DNA of 64,000 nucleotides, taken from the NCBI GenBank assembly GCA_023205875.1, contig CP060755.1, positions 1,488,001-1,552,000 of the forward strand, written 5' to 3'. Made by a program: the position numbers and the translations under genes. Below the pieces are notes generated by a model that was given only the letters and a program-made list of their open reading frames with translations, was not told the DNA's origin and did not search any database. Shown here piece by piece: positions 1-9,691 of the stretch. This DNA is from Chloropicon primus (Eukaryota). Within the stretch, counting starts at the first letter, position 1. Each line of letters opens with the position of its first letter.

Positions 1-44
1 GCGAGTGAGGGAGTGAGGGAGTGGAAGAGGGAGGGAGGCAGAGA

Positions 45-1562
45 ATGACGCCGAGCACGTCGTCCTTTGGGGGCGGGGGGGAAGGGGGTGGTAGCAGGAA
101 GGTCAAGGATGCGGCGGAGGTCCTGCATAGGAACGAGGCGTACCTCGCGGAGCTCCTTTCGTACAGCTTGGACCGGCTGAACAAAGAGCCCGAATTGTTG
201 AGGGACGACCGGGAAAGGATACAGAGGGAGCTCGAGGAGACGGCGTTCAAGAACTACAAGGCGTTCGTGGCGGCCGCGGAGTGCATCGAGAAAGTGGGGA
301 ATGGTCTGGAGCAAATTGGGAACGACCTTTCGTCGATTCAGGGCAGGGTTCCGGTGATCGAGCAGCAGAGCTCCGAGTACGAGGCCACGCTTGCGGGACA
401 CCTTCGGGAGCAGAAGCAGACCAAGCTCCTGGCCTCGAACGCCGCGCAGGTCCAGGAGATACTGGACGTGACCCAGCTGATGGAGACTTGCATAAAGCAC
501 GGGAGCTACGACGAGACTCTGGACTTGGAAGCCTTCGTGAACAAGCTGACGGTGCTCCACCCGAACGTCGGGATTGTGAGGTCCCTGGAGAGGGAAGCCA
601 AGGACCTCTCGAAGAGGATGCAGTCGCAGCTCTTCTCCCGCCTCAAGGCCAACTTGCAGCTGCCGGAGTGCCTGAGGATCGTTGGTTACCTGAGGCGCAT
701 GGGAAACTTCACGGAGCACGGTTTGAGAGAGGAGTACCTCGAGTGCAGAGACTTTTGGTTCCAGCAGCTCGTGGACGACCTGCCGAGGCACGATCACTAC
801 GCCTTCATCAAGCGGCTGACAGACTTCCACAGGGTCCACCTGTTCGACATCATCATGCAGTACAGGGCGATCTTCTCCTCCAAGGACTCCGCGGGCGGTG
901 GCAGGAAGGGCGCGGGGGGAGCGACGCAGGAGGAGAACTACAGGTACGCCGACCTCCTCCACGTGTGGTCGGCGAGAAGGGTCGACTCGTACCTGAAGCT
1001 GCTCGCCAAGAGCTTGCCGTTCATCCACGAGGGCGCGAACCTGAGCTCTGTCCTCGAGCACTGCATGTATTGCGGGTTGAGCCTGGGAAGGATCGGCCTC
1101 GACTTCCGGTGCCTCCTGGTGCCCATCTTTCAGGAAGCGGTGCGGAGCCTCTTCAGGGGCTCGGTCAAGAGGGCCGTGAAGACGTTCGAGCTGATGCTCG
1201 CGAGTTACAAGTGGCCCAAGGGGAGTCAGGTGGCTGTGTCGTCCGGGCAGGGGAAGGCCGACGAAGCGGGGGGCCCTCCTTACGAACTCATGCAGCACCC
1301 CCCGCTGGCGGTGCTGACCAACGGCTTCCTGGCCTCCTTCAACGAGCTGAGGCACTGCGTCCCAAAGGCCATGTCGGGGGACCTGACGGAGGACCTGAAC
1401 GGGCAACTGAGGGAGGTGGGTCTGGCCCTCAAGTGGTACGGCGTGGTCTCCGACCTCCAGGACGGGGAGAGGCAAAGCTTCCGGAGCCTGTGCGACCAGT
1501 ACAGCAACTGCGTGATCCCTTACCTGAGGCGGAGCTTTGAGGGAATGATGATGAACGAATGA
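45..1562 (+). CDS. COG8: Conserved oligomeric Golgi complex subunit 8 (Dor1 family)
   Basis: Intronless ORF, first ATG at 45. Dor1-type motifs: 'YSLDRLNKEPELL', 'LQLPECLRIVGYLRR', 'HRVHLFDIIMQYRAIF', 'HCMYCGLSLGRIGLDFR'. Confidence 0.92.
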   Translation: MTPSTSSFGGGGEGGGSRKVKDAAEVLHRNEAYLAELLSYSLDRLNKEPELLRDDRERIQRELEETAFKNYKAFVAAAECIEKVGNGLEQIGNDLSSIQGRVPVIEQQSSEYEATLAGHLREQKQTKLLASNAAQVQEILDVTQLMETCIKHGSYDETLDLEAFVNKLTVLHPNVGIVRSLEREAKDLSKRMQSQLFSRLKANLQLPECLRIVGYLRRMGNFTEHGLREEYLECRDFWFQQLVDDLPRHDHYAFIKRLTDFHRVHLFDIIMQYRAIFSSKDSAGGGRKGAGGATQEENYRYADLLHVWSARRVDSYLKLLAKSLPFIHEGANLSSVLEHCMYCGLSLGRIGLDFRCLLVPIFQEAVRSLFRGSVKRAVKTFELMLASYKWPKGSQVAVSSGQGKADEAGGPPYELMQHPPLAVLTNGFLASFNELRHCVPKAMSGDLTEDLNGQLREVGLALKWYGVVSDLQDGERQSFRSLCDQYSNCVIPYLRRSFEGMMMNE

Positions 1563-1974
1563 ATGAATGAATGATTGAGGGCAAAGCGCGTTGAGGGAAG
1601 GAGGGCATGCGGTGCAAATGCAACTAAAATAATAATACGAGTTTTAACCAACAACCAACCTCCTAGAGGGAGACGGAACAGGAAGCGTTGTTTTACTTTG
1701 TTTTGTTTGTTTGCGTCACCGGTGCGGGTCAGCACGATCGTTCCATCCCCATCCTAGCTAGGGTTTCAGGATCGAAGCAAGGATCGTGGGAACGAGGGAG
1801 CGCGCGCACGACACAAGGGGGGGAGAGCGGAGAGACAACGGGAGCTCGAGCATGCGCGTGTGTGCGCGTGTGAGAGGATGAGGCGCGGGACGAGCATCTT
1901 GCGTGAGAAGACAACAACAACAACGAAAAAAAGCAAGGGTGGCTTGAACACCCAGACTCTACCAAAGAAGGGGG

Positions 1975-2139
1975 GTGCCGAGGATGCGCAAGCGCATGCA
2001 ACAGCCTTCCAGAAATTATAGCCTGACCTCACTCACATGGAATGATTCTACCAGAAGCCACCCGCATCAAGTGCAAGGCTAGCGGCGACTGATACGGCTC
2101 CGCCTCCATGATCGCGGGCGCCGCGGCTAAGGTAAGTAT
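1975..2139 (-). ncRNA. U1: U1 spliceosomal snRNA
   Basis: Minus strand begins ATACTTACCT at 2139. Helix H TAGCC/GGCTA. SL-I GCGGC..CCGC[GATCATGGAG]GCGG..GCCGT (U1-70K loop, 2104-2113). SL-II loop contains TTGCAC (2071-2076). Sm site ATAATTTCTGG (2009-2019). Terminal hairpin ATGCG-CTTG-CGCAT. Length ~165 nt; 3' end approximate. Confidence 0.93.
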
Positions 2140-2185
2140 GAGCAGCGTTTCGCACCAATTTCCGCTGATATCGCGCGCCGCCAAG

Positions 2186-2203
2186 AACATTTCCGGAAAC
2201 GTT
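2186..2203. promoter_or_regulatory. Near-palindrome AACATTTCCGGAAACGTT upstream of U1 (candidate proximal sequence element)
   Basis: 18-bp inverted repeat with 1 mismatch, ~47-64 nt upstream of the U1 5' end, the typical PSE/USE distance. Function inferred. Confidence 0.35.
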
Positions 2204-2411
2204 GTCGTTGTCGCTGGAGCGCGGCCTTTTGGGCTTGGCCTTGGCGTTGGCTTTGCGATCGAGAGAGAGAGGGCGTTGGCACGTTGGCATCCAATCCAGC
2301 GGGACGTCGAGGGCCACTGCACTAGCCATTGCAAAACCAGGGTGTTTGACTTGTCCTGTTCTGCTCTCCATTCCGTCCAAGATTGGGCCCGGAATTGCCT
2401 CGCTGGGGGAG

Positions 2412-3329
2412 ATGAAGCCTTTGGTGGTCGTGGGAAGCGCGAACGCGGACTTCGTGCTGAGCGTGGACCGGCTGCCTTGCCCGGGGGAGACGGTGTCCGC
2501 CTCGGCCTCGGACCTGTTCCCGGGCGGGAAGGGGGCGAACCAGGCGGCTGCGGCGGCGAGGCTCGGGCACGAGACCATCTTCATCGGGCAGCGCGGCGCG
2601 GACGCGAACGGGGACTTCCTCCGAGACGCCCTGGTGGAGAGCGGGGTGAAGGTGCACAGGCTGAAGACCGTCCCAAACTGCAGCACGGGCTCGGCGTACA
2701 TCTTCCTCCAGCCCTCCGGGGAGAACTCGATCGTGATCCTGGGGGGGGCGAACCAGAAGGGGTGGGAGCTCGCGGGGGAGGACGAGGAGGCCATATCCGC
2801 CGCGGGGGCGGTGCTGCTGCAGAGGGAGATCCCGGAGCACGTGAACCTCGCCGTCTCCGAGGTGGCCAAGAGGCACGGGGTCCCAGTGATCCTGGACGCG
2901 GGGGGGGTGGACGCCCCGTTGGACGAGAAGATCCTGCGGAATTTGTCGGTCCTCAGCCCGAACGAGACCGAGCTCGCCAGGTTGACGGGAATGCCGACCG
3001 GCACGGACGGGGAGATGATGAAGGCGGCCCAGTCCCTGCTGTCCCTGGACGTCGGGAAGGTCCTGATCAAGCTCGGTTCCCGGGGCTCGGTCATGGTCTC
3101 GAAGGAGGGCCCGGAGATCAAGCAGCGGGCTCTTCCCGTGGACAAGGTCGCGGACACGACGGGGGCCGGGGACTGCTTCACGGCCGCCTTTGCCGTGGGC
3201 TACGTCCAGGGGTGGCCGCTGGAGAGGTGCATGCTCTTCGCCTCCCAGGCCGCCAGCCTGTGCATCCAGAAGAAGGGCGCCATGGTCAGCCTGCCCTTCG
3301 CCAACGAGATGCCTCTACAGGGCGCGTAA
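2412..3329 (+). CDS. RBSK: Ribokinase (PfkB family)
   Basis: 'VVVGSANAD', 'PGGKGANQAAAAARLG', 'LSPNETEL', 'DTTGAGDCF'. First in-frame ATG at 2412. Confidence 0.93.
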   Translation: MKPLVVVGSANADFVLSVDRLPCPGETVSASASDLFPGGKGANQAAAAARLGHETIFIGQRGADANGDFLRDALVESGVKVHRLKTVPNCSTGSAYIFLQPSGENSIVILGGANQKGWELAGEDEEAISAAGAVLLQREIPEHVNLAVSEVAKRHGVPVILDAGGVDAPLDEKILRNLSVLSPNETELARLTGMPTGTDGEMMKAAQSLLSLDVGKVLIKLGSRGSVMVSKEGPEIKQRALPVDKVADTTGAGDCFTAAFAVGYVQGWPLERCMLFASQAASLCIQKKGAMVSLPFANEMPLQGA

Positions 3330-3479
3330 GTGCGTGTGTGTGTGTGTGCAGGGGGGGGCGAGGGCCATCACCCGCGTCTTTTATTTTATTTTGTTTTCAG
3401 ATATATCGTATTACTGTTTCGTATTGTTACAAAGCGTCGGGCTCCCAAAGGTGACGCGCTCCCCCTTCTTCCCAAACGC

Positions 3480-4265
3480 TTAAACCTTCTCGGAGGACGC
3501 GAACTCGATGGTGTACATCTTCGCCAGAGAGTTGAACCCCCGAACGTCCCCCGCCCGCAGGAGGTTGCCAGCGTCGCAGTTCAGAGGGCTGCTCGGTTCC
3601 GGTGCGGAGAGAAGCGCGAGCACGGCTTGGCACACCGACTGCAGGGTCCACGCCGGGCTCCACGCCGTCTTGAGTATGTCCAGGCACACCTGACCCGTCT
3701 TGAAGTGGATGTTGGGGTGGAAAATCTTCGTCCTGAACCGCACGGCGGGGGGGACCAAAGGATAGTCCTGCGGGACCCGAATGTCCAGTTCGAACGTCCC
3801 GTTCTCGTAGCACGTCTCGGAGGGGCCCTGGCGAAGCACAAAGTTTGTTCGTTTGACGCGGAGGAAGGAGGGAGAGAAGTTGACGTTGGCGTGAGCGCTG
3901 GGAATCATCATCGGAACGTGCAGTCGAAGCCGCCGAAGAGGTGGTTCGGGTGGCTTACCTTGAGCACCGCGGACCAGTGGAAGATATTCGACTCGTCCGG
4001 GGCCATTTCTATGCCCTCGGAGGCATTGCTCCTCTGCTGGAACTCCTTGAGCTCCTGGTGACGAGAGAGCGAGAGAGAGCGAGAGAGAGAGCAAAGCAGA
4101 GGAGCAGAGAGATTTTTTGACGCTGTTAGCGCGAAAGAAAAACACGTTCGACGTTCGACGACGTACGGGACCGTTTCGGTTTCGGTTTCGGGAGTTCGCG
4201 GTGTCCGGACGCCCCGACCTCTCCGCTCGCACTCGCACTCTCACCCTAAACAGTCTCGTCGTCAT
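3480..4265 (-). CDS. PEX4: Ubiquitin-conjugating enzyme E2, peroxin-4-like (3 exons: 4265-4245, 4054-3959, 3827-3480)
   Basis: Spliced product MTTRLFR|ELKEFQQ...NIFHWSAVLK|GPSETCYENGTF...FHPNIHFKTGQVCLDILKTAWSPAWTL...SPLNCDAGNLLR. GT-AG introns keep the frame. Confidence 0.88.
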   Translation of the reverse strand: MTTRLFRVRVRVRAERSGRPDTANSRNRNRNGPVRRRTSNVFFFRANSVKKSLCSSALLSLSLSLALSSPGAQGVPAEEQCLRGHRNGPGRVEYLPLVRGAQGKPPEPPLRRLRLHVPMMIPSAHANVNFSPSFLRVKRTNFVLRQGPSETCYENGTFELDIRVPQDYPLVPPAVRFRTKIFHPNIHFKTGQVCLDILKTAWSPAWTLQSVCQAVLALLSAPEPSSPLNCDAGNLLRAGDVRGFNSLAKMYTIEFASSEKV

Positions 4266-4412
4266 CCCCGCGCAGCGTCAGCGTCTCCTTCGACTGATGA
4301 CTCCTTGGTAATGTCGTTCGTTGAAAAAATATCTCTCTATCCAAAAAGAAACTTCTGGCTGGGAAGAGCCAGCACGATCTCGATCTGAGGAGTGCACAAG
4401 AGAGCGAGGGGG

Positions 4413-5495
4413 ATGATGGTGACGAGCGTGACGAACGGGATGTTCGCGAGGTCCGCGAGGGCGGGCGCGAGGAGGGCGAGGTTGGCCCCGCGGATGATGG
4501 CAGCGACGACCTCGCCGAAGAAGATCCTGATGCTTGGCGGGACGAGGTTCATCGGGGTGTACCTCGCCCGCTTGCTTGTGGACGAGGGGCACGAGGTCAC
4601 CCTGATGACCCGCGGGAAGAGCCCGGTGACGACGATGATCCCGGACGACACGCCCGAGTCGTACGAGGAGTACGCCAAGTCGGTGAACCACATCGCGGTG
4701 GACAGGAAGGACGCTGGCGCGGTCGAGTCGAAGCTCCGGGGCGCTAGCTTCGACGTCGTGTACGACATCAACGCGAGGGAGAAGGAGGACATCCTCCCGA
4801 TCCTGAGCTCCCTCCCCAACCTCGACCAGTATATCTTGTGCTCCTCGGCGGGGGTGTACAAGAAGAGCGACATCATGCCCCACTGCGAGGTGGACGAGAC
4901 CGACCCCCAGAGCCGGCACAAGGGGAAGCTGAACATGGAGGCTCACCTCGAGAGCTGCGGCGCCAACTTCACCAGCGTCAGGCCCGTTTACATTTACGGT
5001 CCGCTGAATTACAACCCCGTCGAGGAGTGGTTCTTCCACCGCATCGCATCGGGCAGGCCGATCCCGGTGCCAGGGAACGGGAAGCAGATCACCCAGCTTG
5101 GTCACGTGAAGGACCTCGCCACCGCCTTTGTCAAGTGCCTCGGCAACGAGAAGGCCAGGAACCAGATCTACAACATCAGCGGGGAGCGCGTCGTGACTTT
5201 CGACGGGATCGCCAAGGCCTGCGCCCTTGCCGCCGGCGCGCCCGAGCCCGAGCTCGTCCACTTCGACGCCGCGGACTACGACTTTGGCGGCAAGAAGGCT
5301 TTCCCGATGAGGGACCAGCACTTCTTCACTTCTGTCGAGAAGGCGATGGAGGATCTAGACTGGAAGCCCGAGTTCGACTTGGTGGCGGGCCTCACCGACT
5401 CTTACCAGAAGGACTTTGGCAGAGGAACCTTCCGCAAGGCGGCCGACTTCACCGTCGACGACATGATCCTCGACAAGTTGAAGGTCATGACTTGA
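4413..5495 (+). CDS. CSP41B: Chloroplast stem-loop binding protein CSP41b (NAD-dependent epimerase/SDR fold)
   Basis: Transit-peptide-like N-terminus; 'ILMLGGTRFIGVYLARLLV', 'RPVYIYGPLNYNPVEEWFFHR', 'FPMRDQHFF', 'DFGRGTFRKAADF'. Confidence 0.92.
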   Translation: MMVTSVTNGMFARSARAGARRARLAPRMMAATTSPKKILMLGGTRFIGVYLARLLVDEGHEVTLMTRGKSPVTTMIPDDTPESYEEYAKSVNHIAVDRKDAGAVESKLRGASFDVVYDINAREKEDILPILSSLPNLDQYILCSSAGVYKKSDIMPHCEVDETDPQSRHKGKLNMEAHLESCGANFTSVRPVYIYGPLNYNPVEEWFFHRIASGRPIPVPGNGKQITQLGHVKDLATAFVKCLGNEKARNQIYNISGERVVTFDGIAKACALAAGAPEPELVHFDAADYDFGGKKAFPMRDQHFFTSVEKAMEDLDWKPEFDLVAGLTDSYQKDFGRGTFRKAADFTVDDMILDKLKVMT

Positions 5496-5716
5496 TTCAG
5501 CGCGAGCACCGGACGTCCCGGCGCGTGAACGTCAAGTGATTCAAGCGTCCGTAGTTATCCTTCCCCAAATACACTGTGTAGAGGCTGTAGAAGATTGTTT
5601 TTTTTTTTGCGATCAGAGTAGACGATCGTGTAACGAGTAAGTGCCCTTTACTTAGCTTTGTTCTGTTTATTATTACAAGGGTTAGATGTTTAGAGTACGT
5701 GGCACACGAAAAAAAC

Positions 5717-6804
5717 TCAGGTGATCACCAGGACAGTCTTCTTGAACTTTGCCTTTGCGGCCGGGTACTCGCTGATGCTCGCGATCAGGTTGTCCGTATT
5801 CGATTTCTGGGAAGAGGGAACGAGGGAAAGAAAGGCGCGTCAGTGTCGCTGTCAGGGCCGGAACTTGAAAAAAACATCGAAAGATGACGTACCAGCTGGG
5901 CGGAGGGCGAGTACTGGAGCTTCATCAGGTCCTCCGTGCACGCGTTCGAGATTCTCTCCTTGGCCTCCAGCTCCGTGCTGAGTCCCAGCAGAGCCGCCAT
6001 CGCCAGCGTCTGGGTCTCTTCCTCCTGAATTTGGAGGCAGGTCGCAATGATCTCCACCCCGCTGGAGCCTATCACGGCGTCTTTGCCCTCGTAGCATCGG
6101 CAGAGCTGCATGACGGTGAAGATGCAAGCGTTCTTAAACACGAGGGACTTGTTCTGCTTCAGGCCTTCGAGGAGGTTGTCTATGCCGTTGGCGAGGACCT
6201 GCCGCACCCCCTCGTCCTCTCTCGACAGATTCCCCAGGGTATGGGCCGAGAACTCCCGCGCCTTCATGTCCTCGCTCGTCAGCAGCTTGCACAGAGTCAG
6301 CACCAGGGCCCCCTCGCCCAACAGCTTGGGGACGATGTCCCTGTTCGCCGCGAGGCCGGACAGGCACTCCGCGACCGCGCCAGGCACCGAGTCCACGTTG
6401 CTCAGCAGGGCCTTGACGATTCCGGAGTCGTACAAGAACTCCCTCGTGGGCGTGAAGTCGAAGAGCTTCTTCACTGCCGTGCAAGTCGCTGTCTTGATGT
6501 CGTTATCCGTGCCCGAGAGAAGGTCAAGGAAGACCAGCCTGTCCTCGCATTTGAGAACCTCGGCCTTGCGGACGTCGTCGACTATCGCGGTCAGAAACAG
6601 GGCCAGCGTCTTGAGCTTCTTCTCCGACGTGGACTCCCCCGACGAGAGTATCCTCAGCAACTTTGGCACGTATCTTTGACCGAAAGCAGGGGAAATGATA
6701 TCTTTCGGTGGTGGCGCCTTGTATATCCCAAGGTCCGAGTTCAGGTCCTCCAAGAACTCGCTCGTCAGGTGGAGACTCGATTGGCTGGTCAACGGCCCGG
6801 ACAT
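5717..6804 (-). CDS. Armadillo-repeat protein resembling radial spoke head 14 (RTDR1/RSPH14); intron 5892-5807
   Basis: ARM/HEAT-like repeats; 'AFGQRYVPKLLRIL' resembles the RSPH14 N-terminal motif. Intron GTACGT..CTGAC..CAG gives C-terminus KSNTDNLIASISEYPAAKAKFKKTVLVIT*. Confidence 0.6.
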
Positions 6805-7076
6805 CTTTCCTTTCTGCTGCAAGGACACCTCCAACTCCTCCGCTGCAACAGAAGGCAACCTAAGTCAATGATGATGGGGTCCTGCAGATGAAGTCCAAGG
6901 AAGAAGATTTCCAAATGGGAAGGTCGTGGAAATTTTGATTTTGAGGGTGTTTGGTTTGGAGAGCCGGCGGCGGAGGGGGACGATCAGAAACCGCGAGAGA
7001 AGCGTCGTCCTTCGAGGGAACGCGCGAGAACACTCCGAGAGAGAGAGAGAGAGAAAAGAGAGAAAAGAGAGACAAG

Positions 7077-8339
7077 ATGACCTTGACTTTGTTCTCCTTC
7101 AACGGCGACAAGAACGCCTACAAGGCCCTCGTTGCCGCCAAGTACAACGGGGTGGACATTGAGCTGTCGAAGAACTTCGAGCTCGGCGTGTCCAACAAGA
7201 AGCCCGAGTTCTTGAAGATGAGCCCAACCGGAAAGGTTCCCGTGCTCAAGACCGGCGAGGGTGCCATCTTCGAGTCCAACGCCATCGCGAGATACGTCGC
7301 CAGGATCACCGACAAGGGTTTGTACGGCGCCACCGCCCTCGACCTCGGCGTCATCGAGCAGTGGATTGACTTCTGCACCAACGAGATCGACGCCCCACTT
7401 TTGAGCTGGGTGTTGCCTCTTCAGGGAGTCTGGCCCTACAACAAGGCCAAGGAGGACGCGGCCAAGGAGGCGCTCAAGAAGAGCCTCACCGTGCTCAACG
7501 ACCACCTCAAGAAGAACACCTTCCTCGTCGCCGATAGGATTACTCTTGCTGACATCATCTGCGTCTGCAACCTGTTCGAGGGCATGAAGAGCGTCTTCGA
7601 CGACAACTTCAGGAAGCCATACCCTTGCGTCGAGAGGTACTTCGTGACTTGCGTCAACCAGCCTCAGTTCAAGGCCGTCGTCGGCAGCTTCACCCTCTGC
7701 AAGACCGCCATCAAGCTCCAGAAGGCCGCCAAGCCAAAGAAGGAGAAGAAGGAGCAGCCAAAGAAGAAGGAGCAGCCAAAGCCTGCTGCCCCAAAGAAGG
7801 AGGCCAAGCCAAAGAACCCATTGGACGCCCTCCCACCTTCCAAGATGGTCATGGACGCCTGGAAGAGGTTGTACTCCTGCGCCCCAGCGAACGACTTCAA
7901 GAACGTCGCCTGCGGCAGGTTCTGGAACGGAGGTGCTGTGCCAAAGAGCACCAGCGGAGAGGTCTTCTCCGGCTTCGACCCAGAGGGCTACTCCCTCTGG
8001 TTCTGTGACTACAAGTACAACGACGAGAACACTGTTAACTTCATGGTCATGAACAAGGTCGGTGGATTCTTGCAGCGTATGGAGCCCCACAGAAAGCACT
8101 GCTTCGGTGTCATGTGCATCTTGCAGAAGGAGAAGATCTTCCCAATTGTCGGAGTTTGGGTGTTCAGGGGACAGGAGATTCCTCCTAACGTTCTGGCCGA
8201 GTGCGGAGACATTGAGCTCTACAACTGGACCAAGTGCGACTACAAGGACCCTAAGGTCAAGGAGCGTATTGAGGATATGTTCTGCCAGGTCGACGTCGTC
8301 GACGGCCTCGACCACATCGACTGCAAGGTCTTCAAGTAA
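7077..8339 (+). CDS. EEF1G: Translation elongation factor 1B gamma
   Basis: GST-like N-domain ('PEFLKMSPTGKVPVL..IFESNAIARYV'), Lys/Pro linker, EF1G C-domain ('FDPEGYSLWFCDYKYNDENTV'). Confidence 0.95.
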   Translation: MTLTLFSFNGDKNAYKALVAAKYNGVDIELSKNFELGVSNKKPEFLKMSPTGKVPVLKTGEGAIFESNAIARYVARITDKGLYGATALDLGVIEQWIDFCTNEIDAPLLSWVLPLQGVWPYNKAKEDAAKEALKKSLTVLNDHLKKNTFLVADRITLADIICVCNLFEGMKSVFDDNFRKPYPCVERYFVTCVNQPQFKAVVGSFTLCKTAIKLQKAAKPKKEKKEQPKKKEQPKPAAPKKEAKPKNPLDALPPSKMVMDAWKRLYSCAPANDFKNVACGRFWNGGAVPKSTSGEVFSGFDPEGYSLWFCDYKYNDENTVNFMVMNKVGGFLQRMEPHRKHCFGVMCILQKEKIFPIVGVWVFRGQEIPPNVLAECGDIELYNWTKCDYKDPKVKERIEDMFCQVDVVDGLDHIDCKVFK

Positions 8340-8379
8340 GTCATTAAAGCCTTTCCTTTTAGCTTTGAATAAATTCCTT

Positions 8380-8913
8380 TCATTCGAAGAGCTCAGACAA
8401 GATCAGGGGTATCTCCTCCACCGCCGCTCCCGCCAAACCCTCTAGGGATTTGAGCATGGACACCTCGTTGGCCGCGAGCACGTTGATCAGGATGCCCCCC
8501 TCGGCCACGCAAGTGGCCCTGAGCTGTTGCTCCTCCTTCCTCGACGGAATGTCGTAGCTGACGAGAAGCCTGACGCGAGTCCTGAGCTCCCCCGAGGCAG
8601 GCACAGGCATGCACACGTCAGAGGACACCAATACCGCCATCTTGCTCCTCGATCCCCCAGCCCCACTCGTTTCGTTGAACCCCTCCAGAACGCTCCGCCG
8701 CCACCCAGAGTGCATGTCCGAATGGAGGAAGGAGGTCTCGTACCCGAGCGAAGATATGGACGACACGAGCTCGTCCAACGTGTCTCGGCTGTTCGCGACA
8801 ACCACTACGCTCAAGGTCGGTTCCTGCGCGTCCAACTCGTTCAACAAGTTCGTCAGTGTGGGGAGCTTCATGGCTGGGTTTCCCACCGCAAGGTAATAGT
8901 GACGGTGCCCCAT
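8380..8913 (-). CDS. Stand-alone DEAD-box helicase C-terminal (RecA2)-like protein, eIF4A-related
   Basis: 'VVVVANSRDTLDEL', 'FLHSDM..RRSVLEGF', 'VLVSSD', 'LLVSYDIP' are degenerate motifs IV-V; no N-terminal ATPase domain. Confidence 0.65.
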   Translation of the reverse strand: MGHRHYYLAVGNPAMKLPTLTNLLNELDAQEPTLSVVVVANSRDTLDELVSSISSLGYETSFLHSDMHSGWRRSVLEGFNETSGAGGSRSKMAVLVSSDVCMPVPASGELRTRVRLLVSYDIPSRKEEQQLRATCVAEGGILINVLAANEVSMLKSLEGLAGAAVEEIPLILSELFE

Positions 8914-9033
8914 ATCGCTCTCCTCCTGCCCTTACACCATCCCTATCGCTCCCCGTACTCCCTGCGCTCCTCGTACCCCTCACACTGGCCTCCCTGCAAA
9001 TTATTTTTCCCTCCCTCCTCGTTCGTTCTACTG

Positions 9034-9670
9034 ATGGAAGGTGGAGCGAACTGGCGAAGGGTCTCTTCAACACACAGCTTCGAGGTAGGCGGGCGTGGGA
9101 ACGGCGCGGGCGCTGCTTTGAGACCCTAAGGTCTCGTTTTCCTGTCCGAAGAACGCGCGACGGACGGCGAGATGGACGGTGCACTCACGAATCTGTCTGC
9201 TTGTCTGACACAACATCCTGTTTGGATTTCTGCAGGACTTGAGCCTCACAGTCTCGAAGAGGTCGCGCTTCGTTGCTGCTGTGCGAGGGTAAGTGTCCTC
9301 GCTTCGATTTCTCTCCCTCGACTCTCAAGGCGGCGCGCGGAAGGGCTGACACCACCGTTTTTGCTCCCATTAGGCTGGCCCTGGTTGCCTTGGGTCTGAG
9401 CTTCGGGATCCTTTCGATTCGGTTGATAGTCCGCGCTGGGCTGCGGCAGGAGGATCAAAGTGGGAGCAAGTGGGCCGGCACGTTCGATACCGGCAGGTAC
9501 TATAGTCTGCTCCTGCCTCTGACCGTGCCGACCGTGATCGTCCTGGTAAGTCAAGAAGAAGAAACCCTTTTTGCGTTTGTTGGGAGACTGGCAAGCTGAC
9601 GGCAACTTTGCGCACGCAGGTCACGGTCCACTGGGTGCACATGAAGCTTCTTAAACACGCATACGCATGA
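9034..9670 (+). CDS. PIGY: PIG-Y family GPI-GlcNAc transferase subunit (exons 9034-9084, 9236-9288, 9374-9545, 9620-9670)
   Basis: Spliced product has 2 TM segments and ends 'RYYSLLLPLTVPTVIVL|VTVHWVHMKLLKHAYA*', matching the PIG-Y C-terminal pattern. Three GT-AG introns keep the frame; exon 1 is less certain. Confidence 0.72.
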
Positions 9671-9691
9671 GAAGGGGCTGAGAAGAGGCTG

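Noticed and set aside
1546..1576. (ATGA)n, (GA)n, (CT)n and (CAA)n microsatellites here and in many UTRs and introns
   Set aside because: Ordinary simple repeats scattered through the window.
2221..2240. CGGCCTTTTGG resembling U2 snRNA stem I
   Set aside because: Not followed by the CTAAGATCAAGTGTAGTA branch-point-recognition region or an Sm site.
1729..2334. Short minus-strand ORFs (1729-2001, 1766-2032, 2029-2334)
   Set aside because: They overlap the U1 snRNA gene and low-complexity flanks; no protein motifs.
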